NCBI GenBank assembly: GCA_021648755.1
Contig: JAKISG010000010.1
Span: 7,017-71,016 of the forward strand
Reading direction: 5' to 3'
Source of the DNA: Flavobacteriaceae bacterium
GTDB lineage: Bacteria; Bacteroidota; Bacteroidia; Flavobacteriales; Flavobacteriaceae
DNA length: 64,000 bases
Of the stretch, positions 1 to 10,463 are shown in pieces. Positions within the stretch are counted from its first letter, which is position 1. Every line of letters begins with the position of its first letter. Both the position numbers and the translations under genes were made by a program. Below the pieces are notes generated by a model. It searched no databases and was not told the origin of the DNA. It saw nothing but the letters and a program-made list of their open reading frames with translations.

Positions 1-65
1 AAAAAAAGAAACGAATCTGTGTATAATCCGTTAAAAATCCGTGTGTTCTAATAAAATAAATATCT

Positions 66-2222
66 ATGTCAAAAAACCAAAGACAATTATCTAAAACATT
101 AGCCTTACAACACGACCAATCTGACTGTGGTGTTGCCTGTTTATTATCCATAATAAAATATTACAAAGGTAATAACTCATTAGAAACATTACGAGAAATA
201 AGTGGTACAACAAGGCAAGGGACTACTTTGTTGGGTTTATACCAAGCCGCCAACAGTTTAGGTTTTGAAGCAAGTGGTAATGAAGCAGATATACAAGCAT
301 TAATAGACCATAAAGAACCTTTAATATTACATGCAGTTATTGAGGAGCGTTTGCAACATTATCTAGTTTGCTATGGTTTTGAAAATAATAAATTTATAAT
401 TGGTGATCCTTCAAAAGGTATAACAACTTACACTAAAGAAGAGTTAGAAAAAATTTGGAAATCAAAAACCTGTTTAACACTTACACCAAATGCAAACTTT
501 ATAAAAGCCACGGAAACAAAAAAATCTAAAAAAGAATGGTTTTTAAAATTGCTTAAAAAAGATTACCAATTATTAGGTATTAGTATGGCTTTTGGTTTGG
601 TGGTTGCTTTATTAGGTATGGCAATGGCAATTTTTTCACAAAAACTAATAGATGATATTTTGCCGTCTCATGATACTAAAAAATTAATAACAGGTATTGG
701 TTTGTTAGCATTTATATTGTTGGTTAGGGTCGCTTTCACCACGTTGCGCGAGTTCTTTCTAATAAAACAATCTAAAGACTTTAATAATAGAATAATTGAT
801 ACTTTTTATAGTTCGTTATTACACTTACCAAAACCTTTTTTTGATACTCGTAAAATAGGCGAACTAGTTGCACGTTTAAATGATACAAACCGAGTACAAC
901 GTGTTATAAAACTAATAGCAAGTAATTTTGTAATAGATATTTTGGTTACGTTAGTTTCTTTTGGTTTTTTGTTTTATTATTCTTGGGAAGTTGGCGTTAT
1001 TGCTTTGGTCAGTTTACCAATTTACTTTTTAATTATTTATCGTTTTAATAAACAAATTATAAATGCTCAAAAAGAAGTGATGCAAAGTTACGCCTTAAAC
1101 GAAAGTAATTATATTACATCTATGCAAGGTATTGCAACGATTAAGAATTTTAATAGACAAAATTTGTTTCAAAAAGTAAATCAACTTATTTATGGAAACT
1201 TTCAAAATAAAATTTTTAATTTAGGTAAAATAAACATTAAACTTGCTTTATTATCTGGTATTTCAGGTGTTTTATTTTTGATTGTTATTTTAGGCTATAC
1301 ATCTTATCTAGTTTATAATGAAACTATGACTTTAGGTATGTTAATAGCTGTGCTTGGTATTGTAGGTTCGTTGTTGCCAAGTATTACCAATTTAGCATTA
1401 ATTGCCATACCAATTAATGAGGCAAAAATAGCCTTTAATCGTATGTTTGAATTTGCAAGTATTAAAAAAGAAAACCAAGGAACTATAAAAATAATCAATT
1501 TTAAATCCCTAGAGATTAAAGACATGTCTTTTAGATTTGCGGGTAGAGGTCAGTTACTAAAAAATATAAATATTACCATTAATAAAGGCGAATTTATTGC
1601 AGTTGTTGGCGAAAGTGGAAGTGGTAAAAGCACTTTAGGACAAGTTTTACAACAATTTTATATGTTTGAAAATGGGACGATAACAGTTAATGATGAATTT
1701 GAATTAAAAGATATTTCAACATCACATTGGCGAGATTTGGTTGGTGTAATTCCACAAGAAATACATATTTTTTCTGGTAATGTTATCGATAATATTTTAT
1801 TAGGAGCAGAAGATAAACCTGAAAATGTAGTTAAATTTTGCCAAGAAAATGGTTTTGAAAAATTTATTGCACAATTACCACAAGGTTACGCAACTCTATT
1901 AGGTGAAGAGGGTATTAATTTATCTGGCGGACAAAAGCAAATAATAGCATTAGCAAGGGTTTTGTATAAAAAACCACAGTTTTTAATTTTAGATGAGGCA
2001 ACTTCTGCAATGGGTAGAAATACAGAAAAGTTTACCATGCAATTACTTAAAAATTTAAAACAAGATATTGCAGTATTGTTTATTTCGCATAGATTACACA
2101 CCTTAAAAAATATTGCAGACCGAATTTACGTGTTAGAAAACGGTGCTATTTCATCTACAGGAAATCATCAAAAGTTATTAGAAACATCAAATTTTTATAG
2201 TGAATTTTGGAAAGAATTATGA
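66..2222 (+). CDS. Peptidase C39 domain-containing ABC transporter (leader-peptide processing/bacteriocin exporter, LagD/CvaB/SunT-like)
   Basis: 718-aa ORF. N-terminal papain-like C39 motif QSDCGVACLLSI (catalytic Cys), multi-TM core, Walker A GESGSGKST, ABC signature LSGGQKQ, Walker B FLILDEATSA, H-loop SHRL. Confidence 0.9.
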   Translation: MSKNQRQLSKTLALQHDQSDCGVACLLSIIKYYKGNNSLETLREISGTTRQGTTLLGLYQAANSLGFEASGNEADIQALIDHKEPLILHAVIEERLQHYLVCYGFENNKFIIGDPSKGITTYTKEELEKIWKSKTCLTLTPNANFIKATETKKSKKEWFLKLLKKDYQLLGISMAFGLVVALLGMAMAIFSQKLIDDILPSHDTKKLITGIGLLAFILLVRVAFTTLREFFLIKQSKDFNNRIIDTFYSSLLHLPKPFFDTRKIGELVARLNDTNRVQRVIKLIASNFVIDILVTLVSFGFLFYYSWEVGVIALVSLPIYFLIIYRFNKQIINAQKEVMQSYALNESNYITSMQGIATIKNFNRQNLFQKVNQLIYGNFQNKIFNLGKINIKLALLSGISGVLFLIVILGYTSYLVYNETMTLGMLIAVLGIVGSLLPSITNLALIAIPINEAKIAFNRMFEFASIKKENQGTIKIINFKSLEIKDMSFRFAGRGQLLKNINITINKGEFIAVVGESGSGKSTLGQVLQQFYMFENGTITVNDEFELKDISTSHWRDLVGVIPQEIHIFSGNVIDNILLGAEDKPENVVKFCQENGFEKFIAQLPQGYATLLGEEGINLSGGQKQIIALARVLYKKPQFLILDEATSAMGRNTEKFTMQLLKNLKQDIAVLFISHRLHTLKNIADRIYVLENGAISSTGNHQKLLETSNFYSEFWKEL

Positions 2223-2235
2223 TCTAAGTATCTAG

Positions 2236-2808
2236 TCAGAATAAATTTTTAAGTACTACTTCTTCAATAACCTGCGGAAAATTTGCCATTTCTAAAACTG
2301 CTATTTTTTTTGCCACATCATTTGCCACATCATTTTTACCAATCTCAAACTGCTTTTGAAAAATAATAAGACCTTCATCATAATTTTCATTTACAAAATG
2401 AATGGTAATTCCACTTTCTTTTTCGTTATTATTAATGACTGCTCTGTGAATATGTATTCCGTACATGCCTTTACCTCCATATTTTGGCAATAGTGCAGGG
2501 TGGATATTTATTATTTTATTTGAAAATATTTTTACAATATTCTTTGGTATTTTTAATAAAAATCCTGCTAACACAATATAATCCGCTTCTTTTTTTAAGA
2601 AACTTATTATTTTATTGGTTTGGTATAAATCATCTTTCTTAAAAATTAAACAAGTAACATTCCGTTTTTTAGAACGCTCAATTACTTTGGCATTTTTATT
2701 GTTAGTAAGAACATAGGTAACGATAGCAGTTTTCTTTTTTTGAAAAAAATCTATAACATTTGCCGTATTAGTTCCAGAACCAGACGCAAAAATAACAATA
2801 CGTAGCAT
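2236..2808 (-). CDS. purN: Phosphoribosylglycinamide formyltransferase
   Basis: 190 aa. N-terminal IVIFASGSGTN and HPALLPKYGGKGMYG motifs typical of PurN. Convergent with the ABC gene. Confidence 0.9.
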   Translation of the reverse strand: MLRIVIFASGSGTNTANVIDFFQKKKTAIVTYVLTNNKNAKVIERSKKRNVTCLIFKKDDLYQTNKIISFLKKEADYIVLAGFLLKIPKNIVKIFSNKIINIHPALLPKYGGKGMYGIHIHRAVINNNEKESGITIHFVNENYDEGLIIFQKQFEIGKNDVANDVAKKIAVLEMANFPQVIEEVVLKNLF

Positions 2809-2948
2809 AAAGAGTTAACAGTTATTATTCCTCACAAAAAAAAGGATTATTATTAACAAATTGAGAATTAAAATTAAAAACTTATATTTTTTTACTATTT
2901 TAGAACTCAATAAAATTGGTGCAGATAGTAAATTAGAAATTAATTGTT

Positions 2949-2956
2949 TACTTTTG
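2949..2956 (+). promoter_or_regulatory. Candidate Bacteroidota -7 promoter box (TAnnTTTG) for acpP
   Basis: TACTTTTG lies 37 nt upstream of the acpP ATG. The same 11-mer TTACTTTTGCC recurs upstream of rplM. Confidence 0.4.
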
Positions 2957-2992
2957 CCCTGTAATTAAAAAATAAAATTAAAAATTAAAATT

Positions 2993-3226
2993 ATGTCAGA
3001 CATTACATCAAGAGTAAAGGCAATTATCGTTGACAAATTAGGTGTTGACGAAAATGAAGTAACAACAGAAGCTAACTTTACAAACGATTTAGGAGCAGAT
3101 TCATTAGATACTGTAGAATTAATTATGGAATTTGAAAAAGAATTCGATATTCAGATTCCAGATGACCAAGCAGAAAACATTGCTACAGTAGGTCAAGCAG
3201 TTACTTATATAGAAGGAGCTAAATAG
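2993..3226 (+). CDS. acpP: Acyl carrier protein
   Basis: 77 aa with the phosphopantetheine-attachment motif [16 protein letters not shown]. Confidence 0.97.
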   Translation: MSDITSRVKAIIVDKLGVDENEVTTEANFTNDLGADSLDTVELIMEFEKEFDIQIPDDQAENIATVGQAVTYIEGAK

Positions 3227-3253
3227 TAATAAATTTACTAAACTAATTAAATT

Positions 3254-3290
3254 ATGAGTATTTCCTTTTTGGTAGTACTCATTTTTTTTT
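3254..3290 (+). terminator. Rho-independent terminator/attenuator after acpP
   Basis: Stem ATGAGTA (3254-3260) pairs with TACTCAT (3276-3282), followed by a T9 run. Confidence 0.55.
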
Positions 3291-3421
3291 AAATTTTTTA
3301 AAAGATTAATTTTTTGCTAAACCAATATTAACAGTCATTTAGCCTTTTTGTGACAAAAACTCTTGCAGGTTTAGGTAATAAGAAAATAAAGTTTTTTTAT
3401 TTTAGTTCAATTATAATTCAT

Positions 3422-3429
3422 TATATTTG
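3422..3429 (+). promoter_or_regulatory. Candidate -7 box (TATATTTG) for fabF
   Basis: Exact TAnnTTTG match 22 nt upstream of ATG 3451. It overlaps the TTG start (3427) used in the ORF track, which argues for the ATG start. Confidence 0.35.
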
Positions 3430-3450
3430 GATTTTTATTTAAGTTTAAAC

Positions 3451-4704
3451 ATGAAATTAAAACGAGTTGTAGTAACAGGGTTAGGAGCATTAACACCAAT
3501 TGGTAATAATATTAGAGAATATTGGGATGCTTTGTTAAGCGGTGTAAGTGGTGCTGCACCAATTACTTATTTTGATGCTTCTAAGTTTAAAACTCGATTT
3601 GCTTGTGAACTTAAAAACTTTGAAGTAACCGACTTTATGCATCGTAAAGAAGCAAGAAGAATGGATAAATTTACACAATATGCTTTAGTTGCTACAGACG
3701 AGGCGATATTAGACGCTGGTTTAGATTTAGAGAAGGAAGATTTATCACGTATTGGTGTGATTTGGGGAGCAGGAATTGGAGGGTTAGAAACTTTTCAAAA
3801 TGAAGTTTTAAATTTTGCAAAAGGAGATGGTACGCCTAGATTTAATCCGTTTTTTATACCAAAAATGATTGCAGATATTGCTCCAGGACAAATTTCTATA
3901 AAATATGGATTTAGAGGTCCAAATTTTGCAACAGTTTCAGCTTGTGCATCATCAGCAAACGCAATGATAGATGCTTTTAACTATATTCGTTTGGGTCAAG
4001 CAGACATTTTTGTAACTGGTGGTTCTGAGGCAGCGGTTACTCTTGCGGGCATGGGAGGATTTAATTCAATGCATGCACTTTCAACTAGAAATGACGACCC
4101 AAAAACGGCATCAAGACCATTTGATAAGGATAGAGATGGTTTTGTTTTAGGAGAAGGAGCAGGGGCTCTAATATTAGAAGAATACGAGCACGCAAAAGCA
4201 AGAGGAGCAAAAATATACGCTGAATTATTAGGCGGAGGTTTGTCTGCAGATGCATATCATATTACAGCGCCACATCCAGAGGGATTAGGAGCTTTAGCAG
4301 TGATGCAAAATTGTTTAAAAGATGCTGGTTTACAGCCAAAAGATGTAGATGCTATAAATATGCACGGTACTTCTACAGGTTTAGGAGATATTGCTGAATC
4401 TAAAGCAATTGTTAAAGTTTTCGGAAATCACGCATACAATATCAATATTAATTCTACTAAATCGATGACTGGTCATTTATTAGGTGCTGCAGGTGTTGTT
4501 GAAGCAATAGCTTCAATATTAGCGATTAAAAACAAAATTATACCACCAACAATAAATCACTTCACAGATGATGATCAAATTGACTCTAAACTAAATTTCA
4601 CATTTAATAAGCCTCAAAAACGAGAAGTTAAAGTAGTTATGAGTAACACGTTTGGTTTCGGTGGTCATAATGCATGTGTTTTATTTAAAAAAATGGAAAA
4701 TTAA
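3451..4704 (+). CDS. fabF: Beta-ketoacyl-ACP synthase II
   Basis: Starts MKLKRVVVTGLGALTPIG. Active-site region SACASS, HGTST and GHLLGAAG motifs. Immediately downstream of acpP. Confidence 0.95.
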   Translation: MKLKRVVVTGLGALTPIGNNIREYWDALLSGVSGAAPITYFDASKFKTRFACELKNFEVTDFMHRKEARRMDKFTQYALVATDEAILDAGLDLEKEDLSRIGVIWGAGIGGLETFQNEVLNFAKGDGTPRFNPFFIPKMIADIAPGQISIKYGFRGPNFATVSACASSANAMIDAFNYIRLGQADIFVTGGSEAAVTLAGMGGFNSMHALSTRNDDPKTASRPFDKDRDGFVLGEGAGALILEEYEHAKARGAKIYAELLGGGLSADAYHITAPHPEGLGALAVMQNCLKDAGLQPKDVDAINMHGTSTGLGDIAESKAIVKVFGNHAYNININSTKSMTGHLLGAAGVVEAIASILAIKNKIIPPTINHFTDDDQIDSKLNFTFNKPQKREVKVVMSNTFGFGGHNACVLFKKMEN

Positions 4705-4713
4705 ACATTGTTT

Positions 4714-5481
4714 ATGAATTTTTTAAAAAAATTTAAAAGATCACACAGCAAAGAAGATGAAGATTTTTTAATTTCTTTAAAAAGAATATTGGGCTATAAA
4801 CCTAAAAATATATTTTATTATAAGAAAGCATTTACTCACAGTTCTGTCAAAGAAATTAAAGTAGGTAAGCCGTATAATTATGAACGGTTAGAGTTTTTAG
4901 GAGATTCGTTTTTAGACGCAATAGTAGCTAGTTTTTTATATAAAAACGCCCCTTTAAAAGATGAAGGCTATTTAACGCAAATGCGTTCTAAAATTGTAAG
5001 TAGAGAAAGTTTGAATAGAATAGGTAGAGATTTAGAACTTACTGAGTTTGTTAAAAGCACAGTTGCTAAAGAAAATTTTGGAAATAATATTTATGGTAAT
5101 ATTTTTGAAGCCTTGATAGGTGCCGTTTATTTAGATAAAGGTTATGAAGGTTGTCACAAATTTATTACAAAAACAGTAATAAAACCTTATGTTAATATCA
5201 AGCAATTAGAAGGTAAAATAACAAGTTATAAGAGTGTGTTAATTGAGTGGTGTCAAAAATATAAAAAGACTATAAATTTTGATGCATATGAAGACAATGC
5301 TAATGAAAAAAGAAATCACTTTTCTGTAAAACTGTCTATAGATAACAAAATAATCTCTAAAGGAAGAGCAACTTCAAAGAAAAAAGCAGAAGAAATTGCT
5401 TCAAAAAGAGCATATTATACATTGCAACATAAGATAGAAAATAAATCAAAAATGTTAATAAACCCAAAAGTACAAATTTAA
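4714..5481 (+). CDS. rnc: Ribonuclease III
   Basis: RNase III signature ERLEFLGDSFLD and a C-terminal dsRBD (KSVLIEWCQK...SKKKAEE). ATG 4714 preferred over TTG 4708. Confidence 0.92.
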   Translation: MNFLKKFKRSHSKEDEDFLISLKRILGYKPKNIFYYKKAFTHSSVKEIKVGKPYNYERLEFLGDSFLDAIVASFLYKNAPLKDEGYLTQMRSKIVSRESLNRIGRDLELTEFVKSTVAKENFGNNIYGNIFEALIGAVYLDKGYEGCHKFITKTVIKPYVNIKQLEGKITSYKSVLIEWCQKYKKTINFDAYEDNANEKRNHFSVKLSIDNKIISKGRATSKKKAEEIASKRAYYTLQHKIENKSKMLINPKVQI

Positions 5482-6899
5482 CTAATTTTTAAGCCTATTT
5501 TATTACCTTTTAAAAGCATAAAATCATAGCAATCTTCATATTTATTAGAAATTACACCATCTAAAATAGCTTCTTTTATAGCATTTTTAATTAGCCCTAT
5601 TTCACGACAAGGCTTTAGGTTAAATGTTTCCATAATTAGTTTACCAGAAATTGGTGGTTGAAAATTACGTATTTGGTCTCGCTCTTCGACTTCTTTTATT
5701 TTTTGACGAACAATTTTAAAATTGTTCATATATTTAGCCATTTTTTTTTGGTTTTTTGTAGTGATATCTGCTTCGCAATGCGTCATTAAATCATCTATCA
5801 AATCACCTGCATCAAAAATTAAACGCCTTATTGCTGAGTCGGTTACATCTGCTGCTAAAATAATGGGTCTAGAACTTAAAAATACCAATTTTTGAACATA
5901 CTTCATTTTATCGTTTAATGGCATTTTTAAGCGTTTAAAAATGTGATATACCATTTTTGAGCCTTCAAATTCGTGTGTATGAAAAGTCCAGCCGTGTTCT
6001 TTGTCAAATCGTTTGGTTGTTGCTTTGCCAATATCATGTAATAAAGCTGTCCAACGTAGCCAAAGATTATCTGTAGTTTTTGCAATATTATCAACAACTT
6101 CTAAAGTATGATAAAAATTATCTTTATGTCCTTGGTTTTCTACATATTCTATTCCTTGTAAATTGGTTAATTCAGGTAAAATTAATTTTAACAAACCCGT
6201 TTTAAAAAGTAAATATAACCCTTTTGAAGGTTTTTTACTTAATAAAATTTTATGTAGTTCGGTTACAATTCTTTCTTGGGTAACGATTTCTAACCTATTG
6301 GCATTATTAGTAATTGCTTGTAGTGAACTTTCTTCAATCGTAAAATTTAATTGTGATGCAAATCGGATTGCTCTCAACATTCTTAAAGGGTCATCAGAAT
6401 AAGTTATGCTTGGCTCTAATGGTGTTCTAATAAGTTTGTTTTTTAAATCTTTAACGCCGTTAAAAGGATCTAATAATTCTCCGTAATTTGCTTTATTTAA
6501 ACTTATAGCTAATGCGTTTATGGTAAAGTCTCTACGATTTTGATCATCTTTTAAAGTTCCACACTCAATAGTAGGGTTTCTGCTTTTGTTTGAATAGGAT
6601 TCTTTTCTAGCACCAACAAATTCGATTTCAATAGTATTGTATTTTAACATTGCCGTACCATAAGTTTTAAAGATTTGTACTTTAGGCTTGTTAGGTAATA
6701 ATGATGCTACTTTCTTAGCTAAATCAATGCCGCTACCAATGGCAACAATATCTATATCTTTTGATTTGCCTCTTTGTAAAATATAATCGCGTACAAAACC
6801 GCCAATTACATAAGCTTCTAATTTGGTTTGCGATACTGCTTGTGTAATGAAATTAAAAACATTGTGTTGCAGTGCTTTTTTATAATTATTAGTATTCAT
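5478..6899 (-). CDS. cca: CCA tRNA nucleotidyltransferase / poly(A) polymerase-family protein with HD domain
   Basis: 473 aa. Pol-beta nucleotidyltransferase motif GGFVRDYIL...KDIDIV and an HD region LLHDIGK. Its 3' end overlaps rnc by 4 nt (convergent). Confidence 0.8.
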   Translation of the reverse strand: MNTNNYKKALQHNVFNFITQAVSQTKLEAYVIGGFVRDYILQRGKSKDIDIVAIGSGIDLAKKVASLLPNKPKVQIFKTYGTAMLKYNTIEIEFVGARKESYSNKSRNPTIECGTLKDDQNRRDFTINALAISLNKANYGELLDPFNGVKDLKNKLIRTPLEPSITYSDDPLRMLRAIRFASQLNFTIEESSLQAITNNANRLEIVTQERIVTELHKILLSKKPSKGLYLLFKTGLLKLILPELTNLQGIEYVENQGHKDNFYHTLEVVDNIAKTTDNLWLRWTALLHDIGKATTKRFDKEHGWTFHTHEFEGSKMVYHIFKRLKMPLNDKMKYVQKLVFLSSRPIILAADVTDSAIRRLIFDAGDLIDDLMTHCEADITTKNQKKMAKYMNNFKIVRQKIKEVEERDQIRNFQPPISGKLIMETFNLKPCREIGLIKNAIKEAILDGVISNKYEDCYDFMLLKGNKIGLKIS

Positions 6900-7456
6900 T
6901 ACTTTCTTATAAATTCAATTTTTTGATTAACTAATTGTATTATATTTGATGGTTTTATATCTTTTGATTGATTCGGTAAAGAAACAACAAAATCTACACT
7001 ATTTATGATGATTTTAGATATGCTTCCAAAACTCATTGGTGTTGGTTTGCTTGAAATATTTGCTGAAGTAGAAACAATAGGCTTATTAAAAGCAGTCAAT
7101 AAATCTTTTATAAACCCTTTATTTACAATTCTAATTGCAACGGTATTATTATTTGCAATTACATTTTTTGCCAAATTTTTTGGATTATTATATATTACTG
7201 TTGTTGGTTTTTTAGTGTTTTTTAAATAATCTTTTATCTGTTCTGGTATTTCTTCAACATATTTTTTTAGCATATCAAAACTATGCACTAAAATAATTAG
7301 ACTTTTACTTTCTTCTCGTTGTTTAATTTTATATATTTTTTTTACAGCAGATTCACTTGTTGCATCACACCCTATACCATAAACGGTATCGGTCGGGTAA
7401 AGAATTGTGCCATCTTTAATAAGAGTGGCTTTAGATTTTACAACTAATGTTTTCAT
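6899..7456 (-). CDS. tsaC: L-threonylcarbamoyladenylate synthase (YrdC/Sua5 family)
   Basis: 185 aa with YPTDTVYGIGCDA and STSAN motifs. The stop overlaps the downstream ATG (TAATG), suggesting translational coupling. Confidence 0.85.
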   Translation of the reverse strand: MKTLVVKSKATLIKDGTILYPTDTVYGIGCDATSESAVKKIYKIKQREESKSLIILVHSFDMLKKYVEEIPEQIKDYLKNTKKPTTVIYNNPKNLAKNVIANNNTVAIRIVNKGFIKDLLTAFNKPIVSTSANISSKPTPMSFGSISKIIINSVDFVVSLPNQSKDIKPSNIIQLVNQKIEFIRK

Positions 7457-7917
7457 TTTATTAAAACTAAGATTTTTTTAATTTTTTTATGATTCGCAAG
7501 TTAATTTAAAAATTTAAAATACTAAAGTTTAGTTTTTTTTAATTTTTTTCTAAGATTGGGTTTTTAAAGTAACACATTTAAAAGTTAAACTCTTTCGATA
7601 CAATTTTATTAGGAGCATTTAAAAAAACGCAATAGTTTTAATAATAACTTAAAAAAATAATTTAATAATTCATCTTTTTTAATTAGGTTTGCATCAATTT
7701 GTTAAATTGAAATGCTTTGAAAAATAAGAGTCTAAAAAACAAGCCTTACTTTTTTTCATAGAAAAGAAAAATTTATAATCTTTTTTTAGGTGCTTTTAAT
7801 AGACTTCTTTGAAGTCTTAAAAATAAAGTTGACAAAATTAATAATGCGTAACGCAGATTAAAAACTTAAAAGTATTGTAGAAATAGGAAAAATAAATTTT
7901 CTAAATATCTAATAAAA

Positions 7918-9777
7918 ATGGAAGAAATGAAAACAAACAAGTTTGGATTTAATTTCAAATATCTTAAGGGTGATTTACTTGGAGGAATTACCGCAGGTAT
8001 CGTTGCCTTACCTTTAGCACTTGCCTTTGGTGTAAGTTCGGGTTTAGGACCAAGTGCTGGTTTATACGGTGCTATTTTTGTAAGTTTTTTTGCCTCCCTT
8101 TTTGGTGGAACAAACACGCAAATATCTGGACCAACAGCGCCAATGACTGCAGTAAGTATGGTTGTAATTGCAGGTATTGTTGCCACTTTTAATGGCGATG
8201 TTACCAAAGCGTTACCAGCCATACTAACCGTTTTTTTGCTTGCAGGGTTAATGCAAATAGGTCTAGGTTTTATTGGTTTAGGTAAGTATATAAAATATAT
8301 TCCATATCCTGTTGTATCAGGATTTATGACAGCAATTGGAGTTATTATTTTAGTAACACAAATATTACCTTCGGTAGGTTATTACCCCAAAGAAGATACT
8401 GAATATGTAAATCAATTTAAACCTTATGCAGCAGAAGTTATTTTAGGTAATATTCTAAAAGATAAAACAGGAGACGGTATATTAGTATTAGAAGACTTTA
8501 AAGAAACTATAGATAGTGCTGAAAAAATAACTCAAGTTCAAATTTTAAAAGAATCAAAGGCTTTAGCAGGTAAAAATGCATCTGGTGTTTTAGGAGCATT
8601 TAAAGTACTACCAAGAGCATTAAAAAATATTAATTGGTTAGAACTACTTTTAGCACTAGGTACTATTTTTATAGTTTACGGTTTTAAACGAATAACAACA
8701 AAAGTACCAAGTGCATTAGTTGCCTTATTGGTAATGTCTGGTATCGCAATTGGTTTTAATTTAAGTTATAGACCTATTGAAGAAATACCAGGTGGCTTAC
8801 CAATACCAAATTTAGCTATTTTTTCTGATTTTAATTTTAGTAGTATTTCCCCTTTTATATTTACAGCATTAACATTGACTTTACTAGGTGCTATTGATTC
8901 GTTATTAACATCGGTTGTAGCAGATAATATGACTAAAACGAAGCATAAACCTAACAAAGAATTAATAGGACAAGGTATTGGTAATACTATTGGTGCTATT
9001 TTTGGTGGTATTCCAGGAGCAGGAGCAACTATTAGAACAGTTGTAAATATTAACGCTGGAGGAAAAACCAAATTATCAGGTATGATTGCTGGTGTTTTAT
9101 TATTGGTAATTTTATTAGTCTTAGGCCCAATTGCATCGCAAATACCTGCAGCAGTATTAGCAGGGATATTAATTACTGTTGGTATTGGTGTTATGGATTA
9201 TAAAGGTCTAAAAGCAATACCATACATGCCAAGACCTGAAGTAATTATAATGCTTATTGTATTGATTTTATCTTCGGTTTGGAATTTAGTTTACGCTGTT
9301 GGTATTGGTCTAGTAATTGCTTCATTGGTGTTTATGAAAAAAATGGGTGGTTTAATAGAAAAACGTTCTGATGTAAAATCGTTAAGTAAGGAAAAAGCTT
9401 GGGTAGATGAAAAAAATTTCCCAGAAGAATTAGCTAAAATAGTATTTGTTAAACATATAAAAGGCCCATTATTTTTTGGTTCTACAAGTGATTTTCAGGC
9501 ACTTTCTAAACAAATACCAGCAACAGCATCAATTATTATTATCCGTATGGGAAGAATGCAATATATGGATCAATCGGGTTTGTATGCAATGGAAGATGTT
9601 TTGATAGATTTAGTTAGAGATGACAAAAAAATACTCTTTGTAAATTTAATTAAACAACCTAAATATATGTTAGAGCGTATAGATATTATTCCAAATTTAG
9701 TGCCTAAAGAGCAGATATTTGATAATTTTGAAGCCTGTACAAGTTGGATTAAAAACAATGTAAAAAATGAAAAATAA
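7918..9777 (+). CDS. SulP-family inorganic anion transporter with C-terminal STAS domain
   Basis: 619 aa, polytopic. SulP-type N-terminus (DLLGGITAGIVALPLALAFG) and a soluble C-terminal STAS-like region. Confidence 0.9.
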   Translation: MEEMKTNKFGFNFKYLKGDLLGGITAGIVALPLALAFGVSSGLGPSAGLYGAIFVSFFASLFGGTNTQISGPTAPMTAVSMVVIAGIVATFNGDVTKALPAILTVFLLAGLMQIGLGFIGLGKYIKYIPYPVVSGFMTAIGVIILVTQILPSVGYYPKEDTEYVNQFKPYAAEVILGNILKDKTGDGILVLEDFKETIDSAEKITQVQILKESKALAGKNASGVLGAFKVLPRALKNINWLELLLALGTIFIVYGFKRITTKVPSALVALLVMSGIAIGFNLSYRPIEEIPGGLPIPNLAIFSDFNFSSISPFIFTALTLTLLGAIDSLLTSVVADNMTKTKHKPNKELIGQGIGNTIGAIFGGIPGAGATIRTVVNINAGGKTKLSGMIAGVLLLVILLVLGPIASQIPAAVLAGILITVGIGVMDYKGLKAIPYMPRPEVIIMLIVLILSSVWNLVYAVGIGLVIASLVFMKKMGGLIEKRSDVKSLSKEKAWVDEKNFPEELAKIVFVKHIKGPLFFGSTSDFQALSKQIPATASIIIIRMGRMQYMDQSGLYAMEDVLIDLVRDDKKILFVNLIKQPKYMLERIDIIPNLVPKEQIFDNFEACTSWIKNNVKNEK

Positions 9778-10453
9778 AATTATTAATTACTTATTTATTA
9801 TTATTTTCTTTTTACCATTTTCATTTGTTGCACAAAACGAAGCAGGTAATTGGTTAATGTATTTTGGAACGAATAAAATAAGTGAAAAATTTAGTATCCA
9901 TACTGAATTTCAATACAGAAATCATACTATTGCTAGTATAGATACAGAACAATTATTACTACGAACAGGTTTAAATTACCATCTTTCTAATAAAGCAATT
10001 GCAACTGCTGGTTATGCCTACATACCATCTTATACTTTTGAGTCTGACCAAAAATCTCCAGAAGTAGAAGAACACCGTATATGGCAACAATTTATTTTAA
10101 CAAATAAAGTTGGAAAAATAAAATTTGAGCACAGATATCGATTAGAGCAACGTTTTGTAAATAATAATTATAAAAATCGTTTTAGATATAGAATAATGCT
10201 CTTTTTACCATTAAACAAACCTACTATAGAAAAAGGAACTCTATTTTTAGGACTGTATGATGAGGTTTTTATTAATGATAGAAGTACTTTTTTTGATCGT
10301 AATAGACTTTATGGAGGTTTAGGATATCAAGTCCATAAAAATTTAAGTCTGCAAACAGGTGTTTTACATCAACAAGTAAACAATTTAGGAAAACTTTATT
10401 TGCAATTTGCAGTTATTTTTAATACCGATTTAAGAAAAAATATAAATAAATAA
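9767..10453 (+). CDS. DUF2490-like outer-membrane-type protein
   Basis: 228 aa with a signal peptide ([11 protein letters not shown]) and alternating beta-strand-like pattern rich in Y/R/F. Overlaps the sulP end by 11 nt. Family assignment is from memory. Confidence 0.55.
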   Translation: MKNKIINYLFIIIFFLPFSFVAQNEAGNWLMYFGTNKISEKFSIHTEFQYRNHTIASIDTEQLLLRTGLNYHLSNKAIATAGYAYIPSYTFESDQKSPEVEEHRIWQQFILTNKVGKIKFEHRYRLEQRFVNNNYKNRFRYRIMLFLPLNKPTIEKGTLFLGLYDEVFINDRSTFFDRNRLYGGLGYQVHKNLSLQTGVLHQQVNNLGKLYLQFAVIFNTDLRKNINK

Positions 10454-10463
10454 AAAATTAATT

